A DNA stretch of 64,000 nt from contig NC_092671.1 of assembly GCF_964355755.1 (NCBI RefSeq), positions 2,728,001 to 2,792,000 of the forward strand, in the 5' to 3' direction. Of this stretch, positions 43,555-57,459 are shown one piece after another (within the stretch, counting starts at the first letter, position 1; the number at the start of each line of letters is the position of its first letter). The stretch is from Antedon mediterranea (Eukaryota > Animalia > Echinodermata). A model generated the notes under the pieces. That model was given only the letters and a program-made list of their open reading frames with translations. It had not been told where the DNA came from and did no database searches. The position numbers were made by a program, and so were the translations under genes.

Positions 43555-43948
43555 TCAATAGGAAATTAACAGATATAAAGAAGTTAACAAGCAGCAGAAG
43601 AAGTGTCATACATATATGTAATTATATTATTTAATAAATTGATGATGAACCTGGTAACATAAAGGTAATAATTGTTCATGTTTTAAAAAGAGTATAACAT
43701 ATATATTTTGTGTGCACACTTTTTGTCTAAAAACAAATGAATGACTTTTCGCTCCACAACACATCACAGCTTTCGAGTCAAAAAGTCATTCTATACATGC
43801 TCAGAAAGACATGAGCTTGTATAGAATGACTGTTAGACACAAAAGCCTGCCCTGTCATGAAAACCGAAGGGTCGCTAATAAAAGATTATGAATGAAAGTT
43901 TGTGGATACACAAAATAAAAAAGTAAGGGTTCAATTTAATAAAGCTTA

Positions 43949-44215
<267 letters not shown>

Positions 44216-44584
44216 TCAATTATATACAGTATGTAAAATATTATTTTTCTTTCCTCCTCTTCTACACTGTCACCTTCCACCCCCACCACATTAATAACTT
44301 CACAAATAAAAAAAAGGAAAATTTGTATTTTTTTAACATGGTCCGGTTTTAAATATCAACATGCGCCCTCTGTGGCAATATTTTGATATTATATATTAAG
44401 TACTTCACTCAGTTTCTGAGTGCTTTCTTTTTCTTTTTATTGTTAGGTTAATAAAATAAATAGATAAGTAACTAGTTAGGTTAGCAGCACACCATGAGAA
44501 TGTCTTGGTGTTTCGTTACTTCAACTACGTTACAATACATTCAGTTGCATGAATGTTTAGTTATCAATATAATAAAAGCATCTA

Positions 44585-44797
<213 letters not shown>

Positions 44798-44929
44798 TTA
44801 TTACATCATCATACAATTGCAAGGGTAGAGATCAGAGATAGAATTTGAGTATGGACCTAAAAAATTAAAGAATTCAATGATTTGACAGTGGTGGTTGAAT
44901 TTATAGCAGAGGATATACGGTAAATATTA

Positions 44930-45190
<261 letters not shown>

Positions 45191-45527
45191 TTAGGTCTTA
45201 AAACAATTATGTGACCACCACAAAAGATGATTAAATTTAAAGTATATATACTGAAAGGCTGTTACACACAATTCAGCGAGTGTAGACGTGTTTTCATCGA
45301 GCTCTCGCTAGCCACACTATTCATAGTCAAACCGGCGTCACCTCCTTCTGGTTTATGTAAAGCACTGCATTGATTTTCAACTTATTTACTGAGTGCTGTT
45401 TTACAACTATCATCTACGCTATTTTGTTCGTTTATCGTATTTTACTGATTTTCTGGTGGTTCTCCGACGACGTTTACTAGGCCTACCTGTTTGTGCGTGC
45501 AGGTCACGTGACTCTTACATCGCCATT

Positions 45528-48500
45528 ATGGGCATTCCGTACTGTCTCACCACCTGTACTTTGCTCATAATTGCATTTTTCTTTGTAAGCCGGCTTACGT
45601 CACTATTCGACTCGGATAACAAGGTTGAGCCTCAGTGCTTAGAATATCATCATTATAACTGCGTAAGTTACACAAACTTTTTTATGCCGCCTAATTGCCG
45701 GTGTTTTTTTAAATACCGTAGACATTTAAGAAACGCAGGTGGAAGAGTGCATTATTATGCTAATCATACGTCGTCTCAACGAGACATGATCGTGCTTGCG
45801 GGTGATGTCAAAACCAACCCCGGTCCTGGTGGATCTACAGTAAATCTATCTTATTATAATGCTAGAAGCATTGTAAATAAAATTTCAGATCTCCAGCGTA
45901 TTATCACCACTGACTCAACCAATGTAATCTGCATTACAGAAACTTTCCTACATCCAACGATATCTAACTCTCAAATGTTTCCTGCATCCTTATACACAGT
46001 ATTTAGATGTGACAGAAACTGACATGGTGGAGGAACGCTTATTGCTGTCGTTAATGACTTACAACCTCATGACACAGCTAAGTATAACGTTGATGGTCTT
46101 GAAATATGTTGGACTGTTATATATACTATGAAAGGTAAAGTTCTTATTGGTTGTGTATATCTTCCTCCGAATGCTAATATTACTTTCTTTGATAAATTGC
46201 AAAATAGTATTGACTCAGTTTTTGACGATGTTTATTTATACAACTGTATAATTCTAACAGGCGATTTCAACATTAATTTGAACTCTCATGATAATTATTT
46301 AAAGGAGAAACTTTCCTCTGTTCTAGATGTATTGAACTTTACACAAGTTGTTAATTTTGTTACTAGACGCAGAAATGAACTTTCTAGTGAAGGAAATCTG
46401 ATCGACCATGTCTATGTCAGCAAACTTGAAACGCTTTCATCCATTTCAACATGTGCACCTATCTTAGGTAGCGATCACGATGGAATCCAGTTGTGCTTAT
46501 GATCTCGCTTTCAAAGGGACTCGCCTGCCTCCTGGCTATTTTTTAGACTACGCTAAGATTGATATTAATAGATTTAATAACACTTTCGAAAATACTGATT
46601 GGCCTGATTTTACATGTGCTATTGATATGAACTCTGCTTGGGACTTTTTTAGAACACATTTCCTTGATGTCATTCACAAAGTAGTTCCGAAACGCAAGGC
46701 TAAGAGGCGTTCTAAACCTCCGTGGATAACGCCCGATATAATAAAACAATCAAGAATCAAGAAGCGTTTATTCAAGAAAGCTAAAAATTCTGATGACACA
46801 GTTAAATGGGATAAGTTCAGGAAATGTCGAAACGCTCTCAAATATCGTGTAAACAAATCATACTTTGAGTATGTTAATAATCTCGCGGCAAAAAGTAATA
46901 CTGACAATGGAAAAGCTTTTTGGTCATTTACGAGGAAATCGCGAGCGAAAAATGCACCGAAGATGTTTAATATTAATAGGACACTAGTAGAGAATCCCCA
47001 GATTATTGCCGACGCTTTTAACTCTTTTTTTCAATCAAATTTCACAATGACTCTGTGCAGGTTGAAACTCACACTGATTGTACTGGGAACCATATTGGCC
47101 TCTCTCCCCTCAATAACATCATTACAACCCCGTCGGAGGTCTTGTTCATAATTAACGGTCTGAAAATGGGGAAAGCTCCGGGCCTGATGGCATAACGTCA
47201 TCGATGCTTAAACTATCTGCTACATATATATGTAAGCCCCTTTCTGAGCTTTTCAATCTTTCGCTTCGATCTGGCGTTCTTCCGACAGAATGGAAAGTGG
47301 CCAATGTGGTTCCCATTCACAAATCAGATGATGTTAAAGTTATAAACAACTATCGTCCGATTTCGCTATGTAGTGTTGTGGGTAAGATACTTGAGAGAAT
47401 CGTGTGTAAAAATCTAACCGACCACCTTAACTTGCATGGTATGATGTCCTCACAACAGCACGGGTTTGTCTCCGGCAGGTCTTGTCAAACTCTCCTTGCC
47501 ACTGCTTACACCCATTGGTCTGATATTTTGGATGAACGCAAGCCCCCTCCCATTGATGCCCTGTTCTTAGATTTTAGCAAGGCTTTTGATCGGGTCTGTC
47601 ACTCTCTGCTCCTTGAGAAGCTTCACCGTCTTGGGATCTGTGGCGAAATTTTGCGGTGGTTCACATCTTTTTTATTGGGTAGGTCTCAAAGAGTTGCGTT
47701 TAGGGGTGCCCTGTCATACCGTTGTCCTGTCTCCTCGGGAGTCCCGCAAGGTAGTGTACTCGGCCCGGTTTTGTTTAATGTATTTACTTTAGACTTGTCC
47801 TCCTCCATTGAATCGAATATTTTACTTTATGCCGACGATGTAGCAGTCTACAGGGCAATAAGATCTACCGAAGACAGTGCTGCATTGCAGAACGACATAA
47901 ACGAAATATATAATTGGAGTGTTCTTAATAAATTACCGCTTAATCCTATTAAATGTAAGCACATACGGTTTACTAGATCAGCCAAACTTAAGAACAGTGC
48001 AATCAATTATCTAATTGGGGAGAACGTTATTGAGAGGGTGGAGTGTTTTAAATATATTGGGATTTTACCTTTACACACAAGCTTGAATGTCGCAAATGTT
48101 AAGGCTAAGGCGTCCAGGCTTCTGGGGTTTATCATGAGGGTCGTGCGTTTTAGAAACCACATCGTTATCCCGAAGCTTTTTAATGCTCTTGTTAGACCTA
48201 TTATGGAGTATGGGATGCCGGCGTGGTTTCCGTATCGAAAGGGAGAGATTGAATCTTTAGAAAGGGTTCAACGCCGCATGACCAGGGTTTGTATACCTAA
48301 ATCCTGGGGCACCCTGTCTTATGAGCAGAGACTTGGAGTTCTTGGTCTTCCGTCCTTTGATGGTCGTATAAATTACCTATTGATTTCCGTTGTTTCCAAA
48401 TGTCTCTATAACAAATATAATTTTAAAATTTTTGATTTTGTTCAGATTAACCTCAGGCGTGACAATGATCTAAGATTTGTTCACAAGTTTGGTAGGACTG

Positions 48501-48667
48501 ACAATTCTAAATGTTCTACATTTAACCAGTTTCAACGCTCATGGGATAGGTTGCCTCAGGATCTTAGAAATACGCTCCCGATTAACTTAGGCTTATTTAC
48601 TAATAAATTAAAATGTTATTTTAAGCTAAATATTTCCTTTTATTCTTTTACAACTATCGGCCATTAA
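45528..48667 (+). pseudogene. Disrupted APE-RT polyprotein with hydrophobic N-terminal leader and 2A-like peptide
   Basis: In-frame TGA at 46020 (likely CGA>TGA) and frameshifts near 46495, 47050 and 47185 split one reading frame into four predicted ORFs. Confidence 0.88.
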
Positions 48668-48714
48668 TCCGCGAAAAATTGAAACTTCATTTGATATCTG
48701 TGATAATTATAACA

Positions 48715-48747
<33 letters not shown>

Positions 48748-48749
<2 letters not shown>

Positions 48750-50375
48750 TAGACATGAAACTCGTCACTTTGACGAGTTAGTTATCCGCACGACAGATGG
48801 TACGTGCACGTCATACGTTAAAAACTATAATAAGAGGTGGTCCTGTATTTTCGCCTTGTAGCCTATTATAATTATACAGTACACTGTGTATAAAAGGAGA
48901 CATTAATTCTACATGATACAGAGGGCGGCAAACAACAATTTGCTCACATCAGAGACTATGCTGGTGTACATTGTACTACTGTATTATTATATGACATATT
49001 AACTGAATTATGGGACCTGCCTTTAATTCAAATATTTAACATGATGACGTCATAAAAAAAACAACACAACGATAGCAATTTCTGAAGAAAATTATCTTAG
49101 CAACAACATATTAACGTGTAGAAGAAATTTGAATACGTAAAATGTTGGTGCGCGCACATTTAAATGTGATGAACTATTACGCAAAATATGAAAATACGAC
49201 TTTTTTTATTCAACTGGCAATATGATGACGTCAAAACATCCGATTGGCAAAATGTTTACATGAATTCGTATCTACAATCCTATAGCTTCCAGAAAACGTT
49301 TTAATCGTGATTATCACATTTTATTCTTACGAGCTATTACAGATTAAAATTTACTGTAAAGATGAAATTAATGACCCACGTAATTAAAATTTTTAGGCAT
49401 GATGACGTTATAAAAATTAAAATATTTTTATCTCATGCTAAAGAAAGTTGATTAACCTAGACAATATATAAATATAGGAGAAAAAGAAATACAGATAAGC
49501 GTGATGCGCTCCATTGAATGTGATGAGCAATAACGAAACAGACAAAAATCCTATATTTTACATTCGTGTGGCCATACGATTACGTCACAATGTTTTTTTA
49601 GCCTTATCGATGCATGATCCGATATCTGCAACTCATCAACTTCTAGATTTTGTAATAAAAATAAACGGTTCACGGTTTACTTTAGAAACTATGACTGTTT
49701 AAAAAAAGACATTATTTTGATGATTTTTTAAGCTTTTTCTTAAAAAACGCGCACAAATTGTCTAATTCAACGTGTTCGTATGGCGTTATTTAAACTGGAA
49801 AAGTTCTAAATTGTTTTCAAAATTACTAGGAAAGGCTTGAAAAATATAATTCAAGAGAAAAAAATATGTTTTTATCGCTACGTGCGCACCGCGTGCGTAA
49901 AAAATCGCGCGCCCGTGGGAATTTTTGACATGCTCAAAATGACATGAAACGCGTAAAAAGTTGATTAGAAATTAATTTTGCGCATTTTGAAATTTTAAAT
50001 GCGCGTGCGCGCGTAACTTCTTGTGAAACATGCCATTTTTAATCCGTAGAAAGTTTGCCCCTGATATGACTTAAATTTTGTCAAAGTGTCAATACTAAAT
50101 GACTTTTGGTTTTTAATCTATGATCAATCATTGAAATTCATAAAATTGCGCGTAAGTCACGTTGCGCAACTATGACGTCTTTCAAAAATAGGAGGTGCAC
50201 AACTTCACGTAAATGCCCATATGTTGTCAAAGTTATGAAATGTTATGTTTACACATTTTAGAGAAACGCGACTCACAAAAAGGAAGGAAGGAAAGAAGAA
50301 TAATACAGAAAAAAAATGTTGATCTCATACAATAACAAGGAGTTATCCGCTTGGTATACCAAGCGGATAACTAAT
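48748..50375 (-). mobile_element. Non-autonomous Helentron/HINE (DINE-1-like) rolling-circle element
   Basis: 11-bp subterminal inverted repeats (48779-48789 / 50363-50373), perfect 32-bp palindrome 50341-50372, (GGAA)n microsatellite, 9-bp-stem hairpin 48759-48779 next to a CTAGT terminus. Inserted in an (AAT)n tract. Confidence 0.8.
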
Positions 50376-51097
50376 AATAATGTCTTGGGTAACTTTTGTA
50401 TAGATATTTTGTACTTTTTTAATCTTCACGTTGTTTTTAATGTTGTAATTTTGTATTTTATTGTTGATTGATTTTGTTTTGCTGGACACCCACTTGATAG
50501 TTTGATTTAGTTCGCTTTTGGGAATCCTGTCTTTCTGTATTGTTTGTTATTTTTTTTGTTATAATTATGTGAGACGAAATAAATGAAATGAAAAAAAAAA
50601 AAAAAAATAAGCTTTAAAACAATTATGTGACCACCACAAAAGATGATTCAATTTAAAGTCAGCTTTTTAAAAATTGAGCATTACATTTTTGTTGAAATTG
50701 CATGCATGAGTAACTTTTCTATAATAGCGCCCTCACTTTTATTGTAGGTTCTGGCCTAGTAGTAGTATTTTATGCAAGACTGCACTGATTTATCATTAAC
50801 ACAAAATATGGCCACAAAAACACCATACTGTATTAAAAATCAAACAAAACAACTTAATTATTGATTGTAGACTACCTATGTGTGTGTACATGTAAAGTAT
50901 AATTAGGACTGATAACATTTAGATATACACGATACATTATAGATTCAAAGCCACAGGGTAGTGCCGATCATGATAACCCATTACTTTTTTTGTGTTGCTT
51001 ATTATGCATTATATACCTGGCTTAACATTCAATCCATAGGATGAGGCAGCAATTAATTGGATAGAACATTTGTAAATAGGCTCAGGCATATGAATCA

Positions 51098-51337
<240 letters not shown>

Positions 51338-51407
51338 TTAGAGATAGATAAGAGGTCAAACCATATCATCTTGTGACCCCTTCAAAATAAAAAAATATTT
51401 TGTAGTA

Positions 51408-54001
51408 CAGTAAAACTCCTTCTTTGGGACAACCCTATTAAGGGGACACTTTCCCTTAAAACAAATATGGGACATACAGTATGTTACTGTATAACCCAAA
51501 TATGGGACATACAGTATGTTACTGTATAACCCAAATATGGGACATACAGTATGTTACTGTATAACCCAAATATGGGACATACAGTATGTTACTGTATAAC
51601 CCCAATATGGGACATACAGTATGTTACTGTATAACCCAAATATGGGACATACAGTATGTTACTGTATAACCCAAATATGGGACATACAGTATGTTACTGT
51701 ATAACCCAAATATGGGACATACAGTATGTTACTGTATAACCCAAATATGGGACATACAGTATGTTACTGTATAACCCAAATATGGGACATACAGTATGTT
51801 ACTGTATAACCCAAATATGGGACATACAGTATGTTACTGTATAACCCAAATATGGGACATACAGTATGTTACTGTATAACCCAAATATGGGGCATACAGT
51901 ATGTTACTGTATAACCCAAATATGGGACATACAGTATGTTACTGTATAACCCAAATATGGGACATACAGTATGTTACTGTATAACCCAAATATGGGACAT
52001 ACAGTATGTTACTGTATAACCCAAATATGAGACATACAGTATGTTACTGTATAACCCAAATATGGGACATACAGTATATTACTGTATAACCCAAATATGG
52101 GACATACAGTATGTTACTGTATAACGCAAATATGGGACATACAGTATGTTACTGTATAACCCAAATATGGGACATACAGTATGTTACTGTATAACCCCAA
52201 TATGGGACATACAGTATGTTACTGTATAACCCAAATATGGGACATACAGTATGTTACTGTATAACCCAAATATGGGACATACAGTATGTTACTGTATAAC
52301 CCAAATATGGGACATACAGTATGTTACTGTATAACCCAAATATGGGACATACAGTATGTTACTGTATAACCCAAATATGGGACATACAGTATGTTACTGT
52401 ATAACCCAAATATGGGACATACAGTATGTTACTGTATAACCCAAATATGGGACATACAGTATGTTACTGTATAACCCAAATATGGGACATACAGTATGTT
52501 ACTGTATAACCCAAATATGGGACATACAGTATGTTACTGTATAACCCAAATATGGGACATACAGTATGTTACTGTATAACCCAAATATGGGACATACAGT
52601 ATGTTACTGTATAACCCAAATATGAGACATACAGTATGTTACTGTATAACCCAAATATGGGACATACAGTATGTTACTGTATAACCCAAATATGGGACAT
52701 ACAGTATGTTACTGTATAACGCAAATATGGGACATACAGTATGTTACTGTATAACGCAAATATGGGACATACAGTATGTTACTGTATAACCCAAATATGG
52801 GACATACAGTATGTTACTGTATAACCCAAATATGGGACATACAGTATGTTACTGTATAACCCAAATATGGGACATACAGTATGTTACTGTATAACCCAAA
52901 TATGGGACATACAGTATGTTACTGTATAACCCAAATATGGGACATACAGTATGTTACTGTATAACCCAAATATGGGACATACAGTATGTTACTGTATAAC
53001 CCAAATATGGGACATACAGTATGTTACTGTATAACCCAAATATGGGACATACAGTATGTTACTGTATAACGCAAATATGGGACATACAGTATGTTACTGT
53101 ATAACGCAAATATGGGACATACAGTATGTTACTGTATAACCCAAATATGGGACATACAGTATGTTACTGTATAACCCAAATATGGGACATACAGTATGTT
53201 ACTGTATAACCCAAATATGGGACATACAGTATGTTACTGTATAACCCAAATATGGGACATACAGTATGTTACTGTATAACCCAAATATGGGACATACAGT
53301 ATGTTACTGTATAACCCAAATATGGGACATACAGTATGTTACTGTATAACCCAAATATGGGACATACAGTATGTTACTGTATAACCCAAATATGGGACAT
53401 ACAGTATGTTACTGTATAACCCAAATATGGGACATACAGTATGTTACTGTATAACCCAAATATGGGACATACAGTATGTTACTGTATAACCCAAATATGA
53501 GACATACAGTATGTTACTGTATAACCCAAATATGGGACATACAGTATGTTACTGTATAACCCAAATATGGGACATACAGTATGTTACTGTATAACGCAAA
53601 TATGGGACATACAGTATGTTACTGTATAACGCAAATATGGGACATACAGTATGTTACTGTATAACCCAAATATGGGACATACAGTATATTACTGTATAAC
53701 CCAAATATGGGACATACAGTATGTTACTGTATAACCCAAATATGGGACATACAGTATGTTACTGTATAACCTAAATATGGGACATACAGTATGTTACTGT
53801 ATAACCCAAATATGGGACATACAGTATGTTACTGTATAACCCAAATATGGGACATACAGTATGTTACTGTATAACCCAAATATGGGACATACAGTATGTT
53901 ACTGTATAACCCCATCGTAAACGCCAATTCAGAAGTAACCTGTATTATAGGGACACTTTGTTACATGAACTGTACAAGTGTCCCTTTCACGGGTTCTACT
54001 G
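51408..54001. mobile_element. Tc1/mariner-pogo-type MITE shell surrounding the 35-bp array
   Basis: ta|cagtaaaactcc at left and gggttctactg at right form imperfect CAG-start TIRs; internal gggacac motifs on both sides. Confidence 0.5.
51463..53912. repeat. 35-bp minisatellite, ~70 near-identical copies (cccaaatatgggacatacagtatgttactgtataa)
   Basis: Direct reading; only scattered single-base variants. Confidence 0.98.
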
Positions 54002-54015
54002 TTCTATACTACTTA

Positions 54016-54168
<153 letters not shown>

Positions 54169-54701
54169 TTATAGTAGGCCTATTCGTTCAATTAAAACCA
54201 TTAATTAAGAACATATCAAATTAAGAACAAAAAAAAGACTTGTAGGGTAAGAAACATCATCAATAATGCCTTAATTAATGTAATTGTCTCTGGCTATTAC
54301 TTATTATTAGATTACGTATTCATAAAAAATATAAATATTTATACATTTTTATTATTCATTTGATTATTTTGTCTAGGCCTATATCTTTAAACTCATTGGT
54401 CACTGAACAAAGTTGGCACATGAAGGTAAAAATTGTTACCGCCATGGTTGGCATGTTTTTTCTCAGTGACCAATGAATAAGGCAAAAATAAAAAATTATT
54501 AATAGTAATTCATTTCAAAATAATATTTTTCTGAACATGTTTATGATGCCATGGATGCGCGATATCTACAAAATAGAAAAACGACCCTCATCTCTTTCTT
54601 ACACGGTCACGGTTGTTGTGGAGGCTGGTCCATGACACATATGGCACTCCATACATATCAACATACAAAATCCGCCAGGCAAAATATCACCTTGCTTCAT
54701 C

Positions 54702-56297
54702 GGATGCTAGTCAAGTCGCCCCATCGCAAAGTCGCCCCATACAAAGTCGCCCCATACACAGTCGCCCCATCGCAAAGTCGCCCCAAAACAAAGTCGCCCT
54801 GACACAGTCGCCCCATTGCAATGTCGCCCCATCGCAAAGTCGCCCCAACGCAAAGTCGCCCCAACGCAAAGTCGCCCCAACACAAAGTCGCCCCATCGCA
54901 AAGTCGCCCCAAAACGTTAAAAAATAGTTTAAAAGTGCGTAAAATGTCGCAATGATACACAAAATAACACGGAACGTGTAGGCATAAAAGGGGAAGCCCC
55001 GCCATGTAGTCTTAGGTCACACGATCAGCACGCTCCCCAATCATCAGAGAGGAAGCCCCCAACTAATCACTCCGCGGTCGCACTAACGTGCTAGCTCTCA
55101 CCAGAGGGAAACCCTCGTAATTACTCCGCCGTTGTCACACTACAACGCACCATCTGAAGATGGGGAAACCCCGTCGGAGTTTTACGATGATATCAGTCGC
55201 GTTCGAAATCGGTGGCGTTTAATTTTGGTCGCGATAAAATGATGTTATACGATCTAGATTATTTTTACTTTGGTCGATGAATATTTATTATTATTATTAG
55301 GCCTAGGCCTATATTAATAATTGATTGTTTTTATTTTACACTGAGGTCTATGATGAGAGAAAGATGTGTGCCTTAAAAATCTGTGTCTTTTATTTTTTAT
55401 ATGCAACAAATTAGGTAAAACAATTTATTTATAAACATTCAGTTTACTATTATATACATAGTATTACAATGAACATTGATGATTATAAGCCTGGAAATGC
55501 AATCCCATCATTATATCCATTATAAAATTGCATCATATCGCCACTATATGTCGTAAATGATGACGTGCATGTGTGTATTCGTCGTACGTCCGTGTACGTA
55601 TTATTCCGTGCCTCTTCACTGTCTTGTTTATTAAAATTAAATAAACACCCGATATGAGGATATTTATTAGGCATGATAATTAGAATGTTCTATAACCAAA
55701 AGGGTTGAAAAGAATTTCTTCAGTAAAATGATCATTCTGCTGTTGAATAAAAAGCGACTCGCAATCTTAAACATTCTCTGAAACCAATCGGAGCTGCTCC
55801 TTCTGGTATCTGTTTCATTCTCACAGCTGCTACGTCTTTCTGCTGCCCGTCGGGGATTCCCCTTTTTAAAAAACACGCACACGATAATCATACTGTACGA
55901 TGGTGTTTCCATGGTCAAAATGTAGCATTTTAATTTTACTAAAATACCTGCATGTAAAACAATCATATCGGCGATGAAATCCTTTTTTATAAAATTAAGA
56001 CACATAACTTGTCAATAAATGCAAAATGATCAATAAGTAGCCTATAACACTCATTGTCTCACAACACTGTAAATAACGAAATAAAACCGTGGGCGACTTT
56101 GCGATGGGGCGACTTTGCGTTGGGGCGACTTTGCGTTGGGGCGACTTTGCGTTGGGGCGACTTTGCGATGGGGCGACTTTGTAATGGGGCGACTGTGCCG
56201 GGGCGACTTTGTTTTGGGGCGACTTTGCGATGGGGCGACTTTGTATTGGGCGACTTTGTATGGGGCGACTTTGCGATGGGGCGACTTGACTGGATCC
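54702..56297. mobile_element. Mutator/Foldback-like non-autonomous element with tandem-repeat TIRs
   Basis: ~210-bp inverted arms made of 16-bp units (aaagtcgccccaacgc), GG...CC ends, 9-bp TSD tgcttcatc/cgcttcatc. Confidence 0.82.
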
Positions 56298-56537
56298 CGC
56301 TTCATCCAGTGATGTGTAGGCCCTACAGAACAGTCAGTGGGTACCGCTCTACCGTACCGGCTAGCCTACGACGTGACGTTTAGCTCTAGGGGGCCTACTA
56401 CTACAGCCTAGGCCTCTAGCTAGTCCTAGCCTAGATGTCTATCTTTTTAAGCCTAGCTACCCCAGCCACGCACACAAAAGCCACAAAAGCTGACCTAGTT
56501 ATTTATATTGTCTATAAATCCCCATAATATGACTTAC

Positions 56538-56610
56538 GTACTAAATACCTAAATACAGTACAAGTTTTGTGTGCAAAAACAGACGTGGATGGCACACGCG
56601 GCATGCAAAG
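56538..56610 (-). other. Candidate non-coding first exon / promoter-proximal region of GFUS
   Basis: Minus-strand GTAAGTC donor at 56531-56537, a plausible acceptor just upstream of the ATG (~54180), and locally CpG-richer sequence. Upstream end is a guess. Confidence 0.4.
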
Positions 56611-57459
56611 AAAAGTAAATACACATTTTCTTATGTAGTTGTTCTTTAATAACAGAGAACTACGGGGCGCCGTTTGGGACATGCTAATTTTGTCGAAATA
56701 TTACAATTTTGTCTACAAATACAAAATTCATTTTGTTAACACAAAATTCATTTTGTATTGACAAAATTTATTTTGTCTCGACAAAATTAATTCTGTGTAA
56801 ATTAATTCTGTGTGGAAAAAATTAATTCTGTGTAGACAAAATTCATTCTGTAACGACAAAATTCATTTTGTGGCGACAAAATGTATTCTGTGTAGACAAA
56901 ATTTATTCTATGTAGACAAAATTCATTCTGTGTAGACAAAATTCATTTTGTTGCAACAAAATTCATTTTGTCGCGACAAAATGAATTTTGTTAGCCTAGC
57001 CTACTCAAGCGTGGGACAAAATGTTTTAAAAAACGTTTGGAGTAGGCTCGGTTTTAACATTTAAATTAGAAGGCGGAGTTTAAACGTGAAAAGGACAAGA
57101 CGGGGTGAAGCTATAAATGATGACAGTGGCGAATCTTTGACATTTGTTATTGGTTCAGTTATTATGGCTGAGCATGCCTCCGTCTCTATTGCTATCATAT
57201 TAATCTATTTTATAATATCAGGGACCCCTGGAAATATCAGATATGATCAGTATTCATACTTTGACAATTTAATATCTACGTCGTCAGTAATAATAATTAT
57301 TATAATGTATTCTATATTAAAAAATCGGAAAATGGTTTTCATTAGAGCCCTGCTTATTACTTAAGTAAAATTGTAGTAATGGGGCTATTTAATATTTTTT
57401 CGTTTAAAATATTATTAATTAATCTTTATAAAAATGTATATACTTTATTTTAAAATTAA

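Larger units (their letters stand above)
45244..50607 (+). mobile_element. CR1-type non-LTR retrotransposon, near full length, inactivated, in GFUS intron 2 (antisense); 3' UTR interrupted by a Helentron-like insert
   Basis: APE motifs (NARSI, ITET, GDFN, IDH, SDH), RT motifs (NYRPISL, DFSKAFD, GVPQGSVLGP, YADD) and CR1-like C-terminus (RPIMEYG..LERVQRR). 3' end aataaatgaaatg(A)17. Confidence 0.92.

Noticed and set aside
47204-48667. Intact host or retron-like reverse transcriptase gene
   Set aside because: It is the distal part of a disrupted LINE polyprotein with an upstream APE domain and a poly(A) tail.
51463-53912. CRISPR-like array (35-bp, partly palindromic repeats)
   Set aside because: Units are contiguous with no unique spacers; no cas genes; lies in a eukaryotic intron.
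54551-56383. ORFs with WGDF/GATL/QSRP repeats on both strands
   Set aside because: Translations of the 16-bp TIR subrepeats.
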